Positions 44,101 to 54,201 of a stretch of 64,000 nt of DNA are shown here, piece by piece. How positions within the stretch are numbered: position 1 is the first letter of the stretch; each line of letters starts with the position of its first letter. The stretch comes from Pelagomonas calceolata (Eukaryota), in assembly GCA_918797485.1 (NCBI GenBank), contig CAKKNE010000001.1, forward strand, positions 1,488,001 through 1,552,000. The letters are read 5' to 3'. The translations under genes and the position numbers were made by a program. The notes beneath the pieces were generated by a model. It made no database searches. It was given only the letters and a program-made list of their open reading frames with translations, and was not told the DNA's origin.

Positions 44101-45267
44101 TCAAAGATATCTAGGGTTCTACCTCGACGCTATTTGTGTTACCTTTCTGGCATGCTTGTTAGTTGCGACCATACTGCTGAGGAATCATCATCAACCACAA
44201 ATCCTCGCGTTAGCTCTATTGTATGCGGTGCAATTAGCGGGCACGTTCCAGTGGACGGTCCGGCAGCACGCTTTAGCTGAGTCCTTCATGGCGTCTGTTG
44301 CTGTGTGGAAATCAAATCTCAGGCGCCTCACGCGATCGACGCGACAATGTCCTTGTGACTGCGTCTGCTCAATGGTGAGCAGACTCTGCTACGCCATCGA
44401 CGCGACGTTGTCCCCGTAACCTAACTCACTGGTTGATTTCCACACAGGTCCGTGGAAAGACTGGTCGAGTACGGAGACATGCAGGGCGAATCTCATGAGA
44501 GCGGCGCGTGGGCGCCGTCGTCCGGTACGATTGTGTTGGATGGCTTGGGCTGCCGCTACCGGGACGACCTGCCCCGGGTGTTATGTAACGTGTCGGCTTC
44601 CCTACAGTCGGGCTCGAACGTCGGCGTCGTCGGACGGACGGGCTCGGGCAAGTCGTCGTTGGTATTGGCTCTTGCTCGATTGAACTGTGTTGATGAAGGT
44701 CGAGTGTTGATCGACGGTGTGGATGTATCAAAGTTGCCGTTGGCGGCTCTGAGGCGCGCGTTGGTCCTCGTGCCGCAGGAGCCGCACTTGTTTCGGGGAA
44801 CGCTACGCTTCAACCTCGACCCGTGGGCCGAACATTCGGACGAAGCGTTACGGGCGACGCTCAAAATGCTGGGTCTAGCTACGGAGCTCGACGCGTCAAT
44901 CTCGGAGAACGGCGACAACCTCTCGGCGGGCCAGCGGCAGTTGTTATGCGTGTGTCGCGCCCTACTCGTGTCACGGCGCATCATTTGCGTGGACGAGGCG
45001 ACGGCGTCGGTCGATCAAGAAACGGACGCGGTCATCCAGAACGTCTTAAGGACGGCGCCCCAGTTCAAAAGAGCTACCTTGATCGTCATCGCGCATCGCA
45101 TCAAGACAATCGTCGACTCCGACCAGATTTTGGTGTTGGACCGCGGCCACCTCGTGGAAGACGGCGCGCCGGCCGAATTAATGGCGCAGAACGGGGCCTT
45201 CGCGGAGATGGTGCGCGCGTCGCGGTCGCGGTCGGCGACGAATCTTGTTGCCGCTGCAAATTCGTAG
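41190..45267 (+). CDS. ABCC/MRP full ABC transporter, about 1250 aa; exons 41190-42640, 42713-43762, 43861-44292, 44448-45267
   Basis: TMD-NBD-TMD-NBD; GPVGCGKSS, LSGGQ, LLDDPL; GRTGSGKSS, LSAGQRQ, DEATA; three introns restore one frame (3753 nt). Confidence 0.93.
42641..42712 (+). mobile_element. Introner intron, GT-AG, 72 bp
   Basis: GT 8 nt before CTGTGTGGAAATCAAATTTC; core CCACGCCATCGACGCGG; right TIR partly deleted. Confidence 0.9.
43763..43860 (+). mobile_element. Introner intron, GT-AG, 98 bp
   Basis: TSD GTGACTAC / GTGCCTCG (5/8); TIRs CTGCGTGGAAATCAA / TTGATTTCCGCACAG; CCTAACTCAC. Confidence 0.92.
44293..44447 (+). mobile_element. Introner intron, GT-AG, 155 bp
   Basis: TSD GTCTGTTG / GTCCGTGG (6/8); perfect 15-bp TIRs; core motif; CCTAACTCAC. 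Confidence 0.95.
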
Positions 45268-45340
45268 ATTATATGCTAATTGTGTAAGTAGTGTGGTGTC
45301 GAAAACTGTTATTACTGCTGCGCGCCGTCCGCGCAAGGTC

Positions 45341-47239
45341 TCAGTCGACCTCCACGACCTCGAGGCCATCCAAGACCTCCGCCTCGACGTCGATCTCCTC
45401 CGTGCCCGTCGGGATCTGCCGGAGGTACATCCCTGGCGCCGGATCCGTCGACGAGGAGTACTCCGCCTGCTCCCGCTCCAAATCCTGCTCAGCCTTTCTG
45501 ACTAATCCTAATTTCGCTTCGGCCTGGGCGTGGATCTTGTCCTCGGCGTCGCGCAGGCAGTCGGCAAATGTCGGCCACTTCTTCCTCGGAGCCCGCTCCG
45601 GCGGCGGCCGCGTCGAGGCCTCGAGCTTGGCGTAGAGCTGGTCAACTGTAGAACCAAATAATTTCGACGAGCGGACCGTGCCGTCGCGGACGCGCGCACA
45701 AGCTCCCAATGCGCCGAGGGCGACCAGCTTCCGCGCCACAGGTTTACTGTATCTAGCTAACGACTGCAGCGCGCTCACGACAGAATAGTTCTCGAACGTC
45801 GGGTCGTCGTTCGCCGCGCCGGAAATCTTGCCAATGGCCCAGGTCACGACGGTGGCGTCCGGGTCAGCTCTCGTAATTTCGTCCCAGACCTCGTCCGAGG
45901 ACAATAAGTAGCTCCCCGAGGACCGAATTACGGTCGCGTCGACGCATCTCCACAAAGAAGTGCAGGTGCCGTCGTCGAATTGATCGCGCCTCTTCACGTG
46001 CGTCAGGAGCTTCCGCAGACACGCTCTGACCGCGGCGCGCCAGCGAGCCGCCCGCGCGGGGTCATCGACGAGAGCGGTGGCTGCGTCGGGATCTCTAAGA
46101 ACATCCCTGAGAGCGTCCGCAAGCTTACGTGCCGTCCTCGCTCTACTCGCGCGCGTCACGGCGCCTCTCAAAGCGGGTGCAAATCCGGCCGCGTCGAGCA
46201 TGAGAAAGCGACTGCTGGAAGGATCGTCCGTCGTAGCTCTATACACGTCGTCGTCGCGCAGGAACTTGCGCAGCCACTCCCCCAACCAGTCCGGAGCAGT
46301 CCTCACAAACACGTCCGGTTCGCGCCGTAGGATCTCGAGAACTGAGCCAGCAACCGTCACGTCGCGTTCGCAGCGCGGCCGCGGGTTCGTCACTGGGCAG
46401 TCCCTCAGCAAGCAGTAGTCGGCGAAGGACATCGTAAATGAGGTGCTAAAAATATCGGCTCCATGGAGCGGCGCGATGAGCCGCACCCTCAGCAAAGCTT
46501 CGGGATCGGGATTCGCCAGAAATTCCGACGATCTCGCCGCAATGTCTTCCAGGACGGCCAAGGGCTCGTAGCCCCGAAGTGCCAATGTGAGCTGCGGCGG
46601 CGACGCGTAGGGGGCGATCTCGGCGCAGGCGGCCTTCACGCCCGCTCTGAGGACTTTGGCACCGCCGTCGCGCTGGAAGCACTTGATCGACGCCAGCCTT
46701 CTAAATTCCTCGGCACGCAGGAACGCGAAGGCTCTCGAGGCCACGACGTACGGCAGACGGCCAAGGATGCCTCCGCCCTCGACACGAGCTCCAGCATCAG
46801 GGATGCTGGCCTTCGCAGCTCTTCTTTTTTTGGCCGCGTGTTCAGAGGCGCGGTCGTCGGCCTTTTTCTGCTTCGTCGCCTCGTCCCTTGTCAAAGCTTC
46901 CATCGTCGCAGCCACCAGCCCGTACAACTCCTGGCGCTCCTCGGGCGACATGAGGCCGGCGCGCGCCTTCGCGAGGCGCTGCATGTCGCCTGCCGCTTCG
47001 ACGGGCGACTGGAAGGGCCCGGTCGGCGTGGCGGCCGGTGTCGTCGGCGCGCGGCGGCGCGTCGCGCTGCGGTGGGTGCCCGGCGCTGGTTCCGGCGGCG
47101 GCGCCTCGGCTGGCGTAGGCTCTGGCGCCGGTTCTGGTCCGGACCGCCGTCTGCGCGCGCCGCGGCGGGCGGTGGTTCCCGGTTGTTCAGCCGGCGCTTC
47201 TTCAGCGGGCGTGATCTTCTTGTGTTTCCTTTTGGCCAT
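45341..47239 (-). CDS. Hypothetical protein, possible central F-box-like motif and helical repeats
   Basis: 632-aa ORF; basic N-terminus; LGRLPYVVASRAFAFL. Confidence 0.65.
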   Translation of the reverse strand: MAKRKHKKITPAEEAPAEQPGTTARRGARRRRSGPEPAPEPTPAEAPPPEPAPGTHRSATRRRAPTTPAATPTGPFQSPVEAAGDMQRLAKARAGLMSPEERQELYGLVAATMEALTRDEATKQKKADDRASEHAAKKRRAAKASIPDAGARVEGGGILGRLPYVVASRAFAFLRAEEFRRLASIKCFQRDGGAKVLRAGVKAACAEIAPYASPPQLTLALRGYEPLAVLEDIAARSSEFLANPDPEALLRVRLIAPLHGADIFSTSFTMSFADYCLLRDCPVTNPRPRCERDVTVAGSVLEILRREPDVFVRTAPDWLGEWLRKFLRDDDVYRATTDDPSSSRFLMLDAAGFAPALRGAVTRASRARTARKLADALRDVLRDPDAATALVDDPARAARWRAAVRACLRKLLTHVKRRDQFDDGTCTSLWRCVDATVIRSSGSYLLSSDEVWDEITRADPDATVVTWAIGKISGAANDDPTFENYSVVSALQSLARYSKPVARKLVALGALGACARVRDGTVRSSKLFGSTVDQLYAKLEASTRPPPERAPRKKWPTFADCLRDAEDKIHAQAEAKLGLVRKAEQDLEREQAEYSSSTDPAPGMYLRQIPTGTEEIDVEAEVLDGLEVVEVD

Positions 47240-47444
47240 CTCGACTCAATCTGGTTACGCGACGCTCGTACACGGCGTTATGAGTGCTTGACTCTTATGT
47301 GCTCTTCAGCCCTCTGCGCCGACGCGGGCGCTCCAGTGGCTGGAGTTGGCGCGGCGCACTCGTATGCTATTATTGACTGCGTGAATGGTTCCAGCGAGTC
47401 CTGCGCGCTGCAATTGGGCCCAGTGCACCGCCGGTGTTTGCTGG

Positions 47445-47455
47445 CTAGTGTCTTA
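47445..47455 (-). promoter_or_regulatory. TAAGACACTAG recurrent upstream motif
   Basis: CTAGTGTCTTA on the + strand between divergent genes. Confidence 0.55.
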
Positions 47456-47658
47456 TTACATGCCGCTAGTCCTGGAGTATAATTCAGTCGGCGCAGCGGG
47501 TAAAACCCATCTACACTAAGACCGGTATATAAGAGCTCACTTTCAAGGACTCTCAGTAAGTACTGGACCGGTAACGGTGAAGTTCGTACCGGAAACGACG
47601 ACATAAAGCCCGGGTAAAGCGGTTTTTCTCGCTACCATCAATGGTCCATCATAGTACC

Positions 47659-49113
47659 ATGTTCATCATCATCATCAGTCTCCTCGCCGCGGGCGCGCGT
47701 GCCGCGGAATGCGACACCCTCGCGAAGTACTGGGTCTCGGCGCCGTACGAAGCCGAGCGCATCGGCAAGGACGGCGAAACCACGACGCTCGCTAACCTCT
47801 CGGCCACGCTCACCATTACGTCGCAAAGCGGCTGCGCCTTCGAAGGTATCAATAGCTGGACGAACGGCCAAATTGGGGGCAAGGAGACCGTCGCCGGCAT
47901 TATCGATTCGGAAACTGAGATCACGATGCTGGAGCTGGGCGAGCCCCCCGCGGGCGGCTCGACGGCCCGCATCGACGCCACGCTCGAGACCAACGGCCTC
48001 ATGCGCTGGCGCTACACGGGCCAAGGCGCCGCGGCGGACGACCGGTGGGTGACCGTGTTCGACGCCGACTTCGCGCCCGACGCCGCGCCTGCGGTCGCGG
48101 AGAAGGACTGCCTCGACATCAGCGGCACCTGGAAGAGCAACGCCACGTACTACTATCGGCTCTACGAGGACGGGACGCGCGAGAAGGTCGGGCCGCTCTA
48201 CAACACGCTCACGCTGACGATGGCGAGCGATTGCCTCGTGAGTGGGACAAACACCTGGGACAACGGCGTCGCCAACGGGACGGAGGTCGTGGCGGGCGTC
48301 GTCCACGCCAACACGAGCAGGGACGGTCCGTACTACACGAGCGCCGCGACGCTCGTAGAGATGGGTGGTATGTACGTCGACGGGCGCATGGAGGTCAATT
48401 TCGATTGCGCGCTCGACTGCGACACGATGCAGCTGCACTTCATCGGCCAGGGCAAAGAAGGCTACGGGGTCCTCTTCGACTCGTACCTCGGCAAAGGCGA
48501 AGGGCCGACCGTGGCACCACCAGACTGCGAGTGGGTCAATAATCTCGTGGGTACGTACACCGCGTCGGGCTTCGACATCTTCCGCGTGCCAGGTCCACCT
48601 CTTACGGACGTGTCCATGACCATGGAGATCCTCGGCCGCGACGGCTGTACGTTCTGGGGCCACGCCGGCAATATCGGTGACGGGATACCCGGGACACCGC
48701 TCCTCGGCTTGATTCCCTGGTATGAATTGGACTTTGACTTGACTGCAGATGGAGGTATGAATCGGTCGACCGCGATCGTGTTGGCAACGGCGTCGATTCT
48801 GCAGATCGGCCACGTCTGCGTCAACACGTCGGCGATTGACGCAGACTGCGACGTGTGCGGGGAAGTCTGCCTCAACACGTCGGCGGTCGTCGACGCGCAA
48901 TTTACTCTCTCGCGCTTTACGGACGAAGGGACGGTCAAGTGGCACTACGTAGGCACGGCGGACGACGGCCAAAACGCCGAGGTCTTCGACGCAGTCTTCG
49001 CGAAGAACAGCGACGCCACGGCGGCGCCGACTACTACGCCCGGGTCCGACGGCGCCGCGGGCCGCTCCGTCGGGTTCCTCGTCGCGCTCGCGGCGGCGGC
49101 GGCGGCGCTCTGA
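47659..49113 (+). CDS. Secreted, probably GPI-anchored protein with three tandem beta-rich repeats
   Basis: Signal peptide; repeats LTITSQSGCAFEG / LTLTMASDCLVSG / MEILGRDGCTFWG; C-terminal GSDGAAGRSVGFLVALAAAAAAL; alternative start at 47641. Confidence 0.8.
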   Translation: MFIIIISLLAAGARAAECDTLAKYWVSAPYEAERIGKDGETTTLANLSATLTITSQSGCAFEGINSWTNGQIGGKETVAGIIDSETEITMLELGEPPAGGSTARIDATLETNGLMRWRYTGQGAAADDRWVTVFDADFAPDAAPAVAEKDCLDISGTWKSNATYYYRLYEDGTREKVGPLYNTLTLTMASDCLVSGTNTWDNGVANGTEVVAGVVHANTSRDGPYYTSAATLVEMGGMYVDGRMEVNFDCALDCDTMQLHFIGQGKEGYGVLFDSYLGKGEGPTVAPPDCEWVNNLVGTYTASGFDIFRVPGPPLTDVSMTMEILGRDGCTFWGHAGNIGDGIPGTPLLGLIPWYELDFDLTADGGMNRSTAIVLATASILQIGHVCVNTSAIDADCDVCGEVCLNTSAVVDAQFTLSRFTDEGTVKWHYVGTADDGQNAEVFDAVFAKNSDATAAPTTTPGSDGAAGRSVGFLVALAAAAAAL

Positions 49114-49188
49114 GCACTTCTCTGTTCTCTGAGCGCATCATCATCTCCCATCCCTATCCCCCATCGTCTCCATAAAAAAGCTTACGCA

Positions 49189-51379
49189 TCATCGACTCTT
49201 CCCGTTCGCCTTCTTCTTGTACATCCGCGTGTCCGACGGGTCGAAGCCGTCTTCCGCCGCGCCGAGCAGCGCCCAGGGCGGGCAGGGCGCCTTGTAGTCC
49301 TCCACCGTGAACGGCTCGCCGGACGCCGCGAGCGCGTGGAAGCGGTCGTAGTCGATCCACGTGTCCCATGTCCCGTCGGGAGCCTTGAGCTGGTCGCAGC
49401 GCGCGAGGAGCACACTCACAGAATGTTTGTGCGCGCAGGCGACCTCATACGTCGGACATGAGGGGTGATCCTTCGCGATGCGAGCGGCCAGTTCCTTACA
49501 GAACGCCTCGACCTGTGTGGAAATCAACCAGTGAGTTAGGTTATCGCGTCGATGGCGTGGAATCGCCGCGCCATCGAGCAGGCGCAGTCACAAGGAGCGT
49601 GGGCGCCCGAAATTTGATTTCCACACGGGCCTCGACCTCGTGGTGCCACGGGCAGTTCGCCATCGTGAGGTCGGAGGCGTCAGATTTCCCGCAGAACGTG
49701 ACGCCCTTCACCTCTACCAGTGTCGGTTCGCCCAACGCGATCAATTCAGCGTAGCCCGCAATGTCGCCCTCGTTGTGGCCCTTCACCAATGTTAAGCGAG
49801 CTACCGTCCGCTGCTTCTTCTCCCTGAGTATCACCAAGGACTCCCTTAATCTTTCCCAGGCGTCCCGGAACAGCGGTCGATCGACCTCCTCCAGATCATC
49901 TTTATTGGGCGCATCGACACTCACATACAGCTGCGTCACCGGTCGTAGTGTTCGAATGGCCTCAGGAAATTGGGCGTTCGTGACCAGAAAACTCGAAATC
50001 TTCCGCGCGTGGAGCTCGCCGATGAGCTCGTTGATGCGAGGGTACATGATCGGCTCGCCGACGAGCGACAACGCACAATGCCGCACCGTGTGGGCCTCGC
50101 GCCATCTTTCTTCTAGCACGCCGGGCACGCCCCTGCACTCGTTGATCATCGCGACGTGCAAGCGCACGGCCTCGGCGACGATCATCGCCGGGTCATCACC
50201 TGTGTGGCACGACACCGTCGCTACACGCCACGTCGACGGCGTCGAGGCGATGCGGTCTCATGAAGACGCCATCGCCGCGACCACGTCACGTTCAAGTTCA
50301 CTGAAAACACCGAGTCACGCACTCTTCCACTTCCACTCCGTCGCGACGGGATTCTTGTGGTGCCGCCAACAAAAAACGCACTTGTTCGCGCAGGCTAAGG
50401 ACGGTGTGGCCTCCATGCATTGATACGAGGTAATCCCGTAGAAGGTATGTTTGTAGCAGCCGCCTCTTCCCCTTAATTGATGCTTCGTCCAGCGACACAA
50501 TTTCACGGCCGAATGCCCCCCTATTAACTTATATCCTTCTTTCTTGAGAGCTTTGGCCTGGGACTGCGTGACCATGTCCTTCGGGCCCTTGGCCTTTTTT
50601 TCTTCCTCCTTCTCGCCTAACGCAGCGCCCATGTCTTCCACATCTGTCACAGACTTCTTTTTCTGAGGAGCTTCCTCATCACTACTATCAGACACTCTAT
50701 GAGTCTTCTCGAGTTTGACCTTGCGCGGCTTCTGCTCGCCCCGCACCTGGGGCCGCGAGAACGCGGCCACTACTCTATTCTCCCATAACGCGTAGGTCTC
50801 CTCGGTCTCCTCCGTATCATCTAGGCGTTGGGAAGCGACGCGCGCCGCTCCTAATTTACGTAGAGTCTTCTCCGTGACACGAGCCGCGGTACAAAATCTA
50901 GCCGGGTCGTAGGCCGTCGAGCCACAACCTAGTACCGCAAAACGTCGGCCTCGCAAAGCTCCTTGGCCCACCCGATGATCCGCCGCAATATCATCTAATT
51001 CTTCCACCAACAACCGACGAGAGGGCTCCGGCGCGAGGCCGCCGTGGACTGTAGAAACTAACACGGCGCAGTCCCGGCTGTCGCCGTTCAAGAGCTCGTC
51101 CCAGGGATCGAGCTGGGGCTTCGCGGCGTCGACGACGATCGATGCTCTTCCGGCCTTGGCGAGGGCTTCTCTCAAGCGTCCTGCGAGCTTGCGCGACGTA
51201 CCCGTCACGGACGCGAAGACGATGAGAACCGGCGCGGCGTCCTGCAGGAACTGGCTTGTTGGTTTGGCTACTTTCGGTGCGCGTTTTCTCCTTTTTTGTA
51301 TGAGGAGCTGGACGACGTGGGCTGCTAGGAGCACTATGGTTGCTATCAGCGCGTAGTTGGCCGCCTCGGCGGCGTGCAT
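49189..51379 (-). CDS. TYW1: tRNA wybutosine-synthesising radical-SAM enzyme; exons 51379-50323, 50199-49637, 49512-49189
   Basis: N-terminal TM, flavodoxin domain, HSAVKLCRWTK, CYKHTFYGI, CANKCVFCWRH, HCALSLVGEP, VEVKGVTFCG. Confidence 0.95.
49513..49636 (-). mobile_element. Introner intron, GT-AG, 124 bp, perfect TSD
   Basis: GCCTCGAC at 49505-49512 and 49629-49636; TIRs 14/15 matched. Confidence 0.96.
50200..50322 (-). mobile_element. Degenerate introner intron, GT-AG, 123 bp
   Basis: GTGCGTGAC vs GTGATGAC; ends GCCACACAG; core motif variants; restores WKWKS|DDP. Confidence 0.8.
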
Positions 51380-51650
51380 GGTGCCGTCTTTGCTCCCAGC
51401 GCTTGTTTTTATGATGAATGAGGTTCCCGAACAGCTTGTATACGTCGCTAGGTGAGCAGGAGGCAATTTCGCTCGGTTGCCTGCAACTGCAGCTGTCTAA
51501 CTCAGATGGAAGCGAGTCGCCCGAATTTGTCCCACGGCTGGTGCTATCGACGGATGCTGTCTGCCGCAGCCCTCAGACACTTCTGTAGTGCGCTACAAGC
51601 TCGTAACTAGCCGTTCGCCGCTGCAACCTGCTGAGGAGCTAGCGCTCATA

Positions 51651-51660
51651 AAGACACTAG
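51651..51660 (+). promoter_or_regulatory. AAGACACTAG recurrent upstream motif
   Basis: About 270 bp upstream of TYW1; same CATAAAGACACTAGCA context as at 57252-57267. Confidence 0.55.
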
Positions 51661-51863
51661 CACAATTTTGCCCAACTTGCAAACCCCACGTAATTTGACA
51701 AGCGACACACGCCACGCTACACAATGGACTCGACACGACAGACGATCCCGTCGCCGCCCGCTCGCCCGTGAGGATGACTGCCAAAGAGCTCATGTACTAA
51801 GTGATTGACAAAACAACTGTTAAGATAAAAGCCATGTGCTTTCTCTCACGACGTCGCAGCGTC

Positions 51864-54201
51864 TCACCGGGCCCGCGGCGCCCTCTTCTTGGCCGGCGCA
51901 TCTGCTGGAGGCGTGCGCCGCTTCGCCCGCCGCGGCGGCGCGGGCGCCGCCGCGGGCTCGCTCTGCGGCGGCGGCGGGAAGGTCGGCGGCGGCGGCGGGC
52001 GCCGGAGGCGGACGATGGTCTCGCCCTTGGCGTTGACGCGCGCGCCGGGGGGCAGCGGCGGGCGCGGCGCCTCTGTGGCCGCGGGCGCCGCCGCGGGCTC
52101 CTCCACGTCCATGGGCGCGGCGCGCGCGTGCTTTCTCTTGTGCTCCTCGAGCGTCTCCTCGAGGCGGCGGTAGTAGTCCGCCCAGTCCTCGGGGTCCAGC
52201 TCCGCGAGGTCCTCGAGCACGTCGCGCGCGCGGCGCTCCCCAAGAACGCGACCCGCCCGCACCCCGGCCTCAATCATGTCCGTCGTCACCCCGACCGCGC
52301 GCGCTTCCGCATCTATCACAATAGTAGGAGCACTTCCAGACGTACGAGTCGCGCGGAGCCGCGCGCGCCGCAGCTGCACCCCGAGGCCCCACGTATAATC
52401 CGAAACCATATAACGCAGATGGAGGCACGCCGCCGCGTAATCATCACTGGCGAAGGCGGTGTAGCAGTGCGGCTCGCGTCCGCCGGCTATAGCAGCGGTA
52501 TGAGTACAATAAAGGAGGCACTTGCGCGTCGTCTTTCTCGCCTTGCCGAAGGAGTGGAAGCCGTAATACTTCCTGATCAAAGCAATCTGATCCGGCGTAA
52601 ACGTCGTCCCAGACTCGGGCCGGACGTCGGCCGCCTCCAACAATCTAATATCGAGGCCCGCCTCGAAGGCGACCTCGTTGAAGCAGGCCAACGCGTCTCT
52701 AGAGCCGCTCTTCGACAGCTCCAGCGCGGCGCTCCAGTACTTGTCGACGTCCGTGACCAAATCCGGGTCCTTGCGGTGGAGCTCGACGTCGTTGCAAATG
52801 CAGAAGTGCCACTGGTCCATCCGCTGTCCAGGAGGCGCGACGACGAGGCCCCGAACTCCACCTCTATACAACTTAACCGTAGCTGCCCCATCCGCGGCCC
52901 TCAATTCGCGCATGACCTGCGTTCAACGAACCGTCGCGGCGCTCGCATAATCGGAGCGAGACTCTCTCCGAAGTCGCCGAAGCGGCGTCGCGTCGACGGC
53001 GTCGATGCTAATGTTCAAGCTCCACACTGAGTCGCACCAGCGAATGGCGGCCGCGTCCTTCCCGCTTGTTCGCGTCGTCCCACGACTTCTCCGACGGAGC
53101 CACGGGGGTTTTGCCGATGCGCGGCGTGCGGCCGAGCCTCCTGCACTTCTCCTGGTATTGATCGAGGGCGGCCTGCTCCCTTTCTGATAGGACTCGGACC
53201 AAATACCGGTCGAGGTTCTGGTCCATCCAGGGCTCACCCGCCCGCGCCTTGCGCGCCGCTTCCTTCAGCTCATCTGACAACCGGCAGAAGATGGGCGAGT
53301 CGTCTAGCTTGCCCTTGAGGTGGTCCAGTGCGCACGCGATGGCCATGACGCCGGCGGCTCTATTGGCCTCGGCCTGAGTGGTGCCGCCGAAGGTAATGCG
53401 TAAATCTCCTCCAAAGTTTGCGACTGTACAACGAGCCAAACAGCAGCCCGGGGCCAATCGATCCTGTTCATTGGCACGCGCCGGCCCCGCACAATTTTCG
53501 GAAGCAAACAATTTCATCCCCGGCTCGTCCAACGTGTCGGCCTCGAGCCACCGTCGGAGGCTGACTCCAGTTGTTGCTGTCGCTCCCTTCTTCCAGGGGC
53601 CGTCGTCTCGCGCGTCGGTCCCTATGGTCTTATCGAAAGATCGGTCTCTCACGTCTTCCTTGGCATTGAACTTCAGCCGATCGATAGGTAGCACGTGTCG
53701 GCCGTCGTCGCCGCGTGATGTAGCCGCGGCTTCGGCCAGCTCGACTTTGTGCCCGTCCACCGTCGCGTAATGAATTTGTCTAGCTCCGGTGGACTTGGAC
53801 CACTTCGCCGTCGTCCAGCCCTTCGGCACCTTTACTTCTATTACATGATGACCCTCGTAGCCCTTGGGCACTTTTAGACCACTCGCTTTTGACCACGCTC
53901 GCATCGTCGTGCGGCCCACGATTTCACCATCTTTGCCGCGGAGGCGCATCGGCGTGTCCGATTTCTTTTTTGAGCGATCTACTTTAGGCACAGTTTGCAG
54001 CAGTTCGCCCTGGTCCGCCGCGAAGAAACTCCTTCGCTTTGTAATTGACTCGCCGGCGCCGCCCTCGTCCGGAGCGAGATGCACCTTGTCGTCCAACGTG
54101 GCGCTGTACCAGCCCTTGTCGGAAATGGTGACCGTCGCGATGCGGCCGCCCGCGGTCCGTATTTGCACGCCCACCGTCGGCGCGGCTGGGGTGGCTTCCA
54201 T
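51864..54201 (-). CDS. Hypothetical protein, about 740 aa; exons 54201-53038, 52916-51864
   Basis: Two long ORFs joined in frame (HSL|VMRELR) by a 121-bp intron; no family recognised. Confidence 0.65.
52917..53037 (-). mobile_element. Degenerate introner intron, GT-AG, 121 bp
   Basis: GT 8 nt before CAGTGTGGAGCTTGAA; core ACGCCGTCGACGCG; ends TTGAACGCAG. Confidence 0.75.

Noticed and set aside
41190..51379. ABCC and TYW1 as frameshifted pseudogenes
   Set aside because: Each frame break coincides with an introner intron whose removal restores the conserved protein
51864..54201. Autonomous transposase for the introners
   Set aside because: No DDE, BED-finger or hAT dimerisation motifs recognised, and no flanking TIRs
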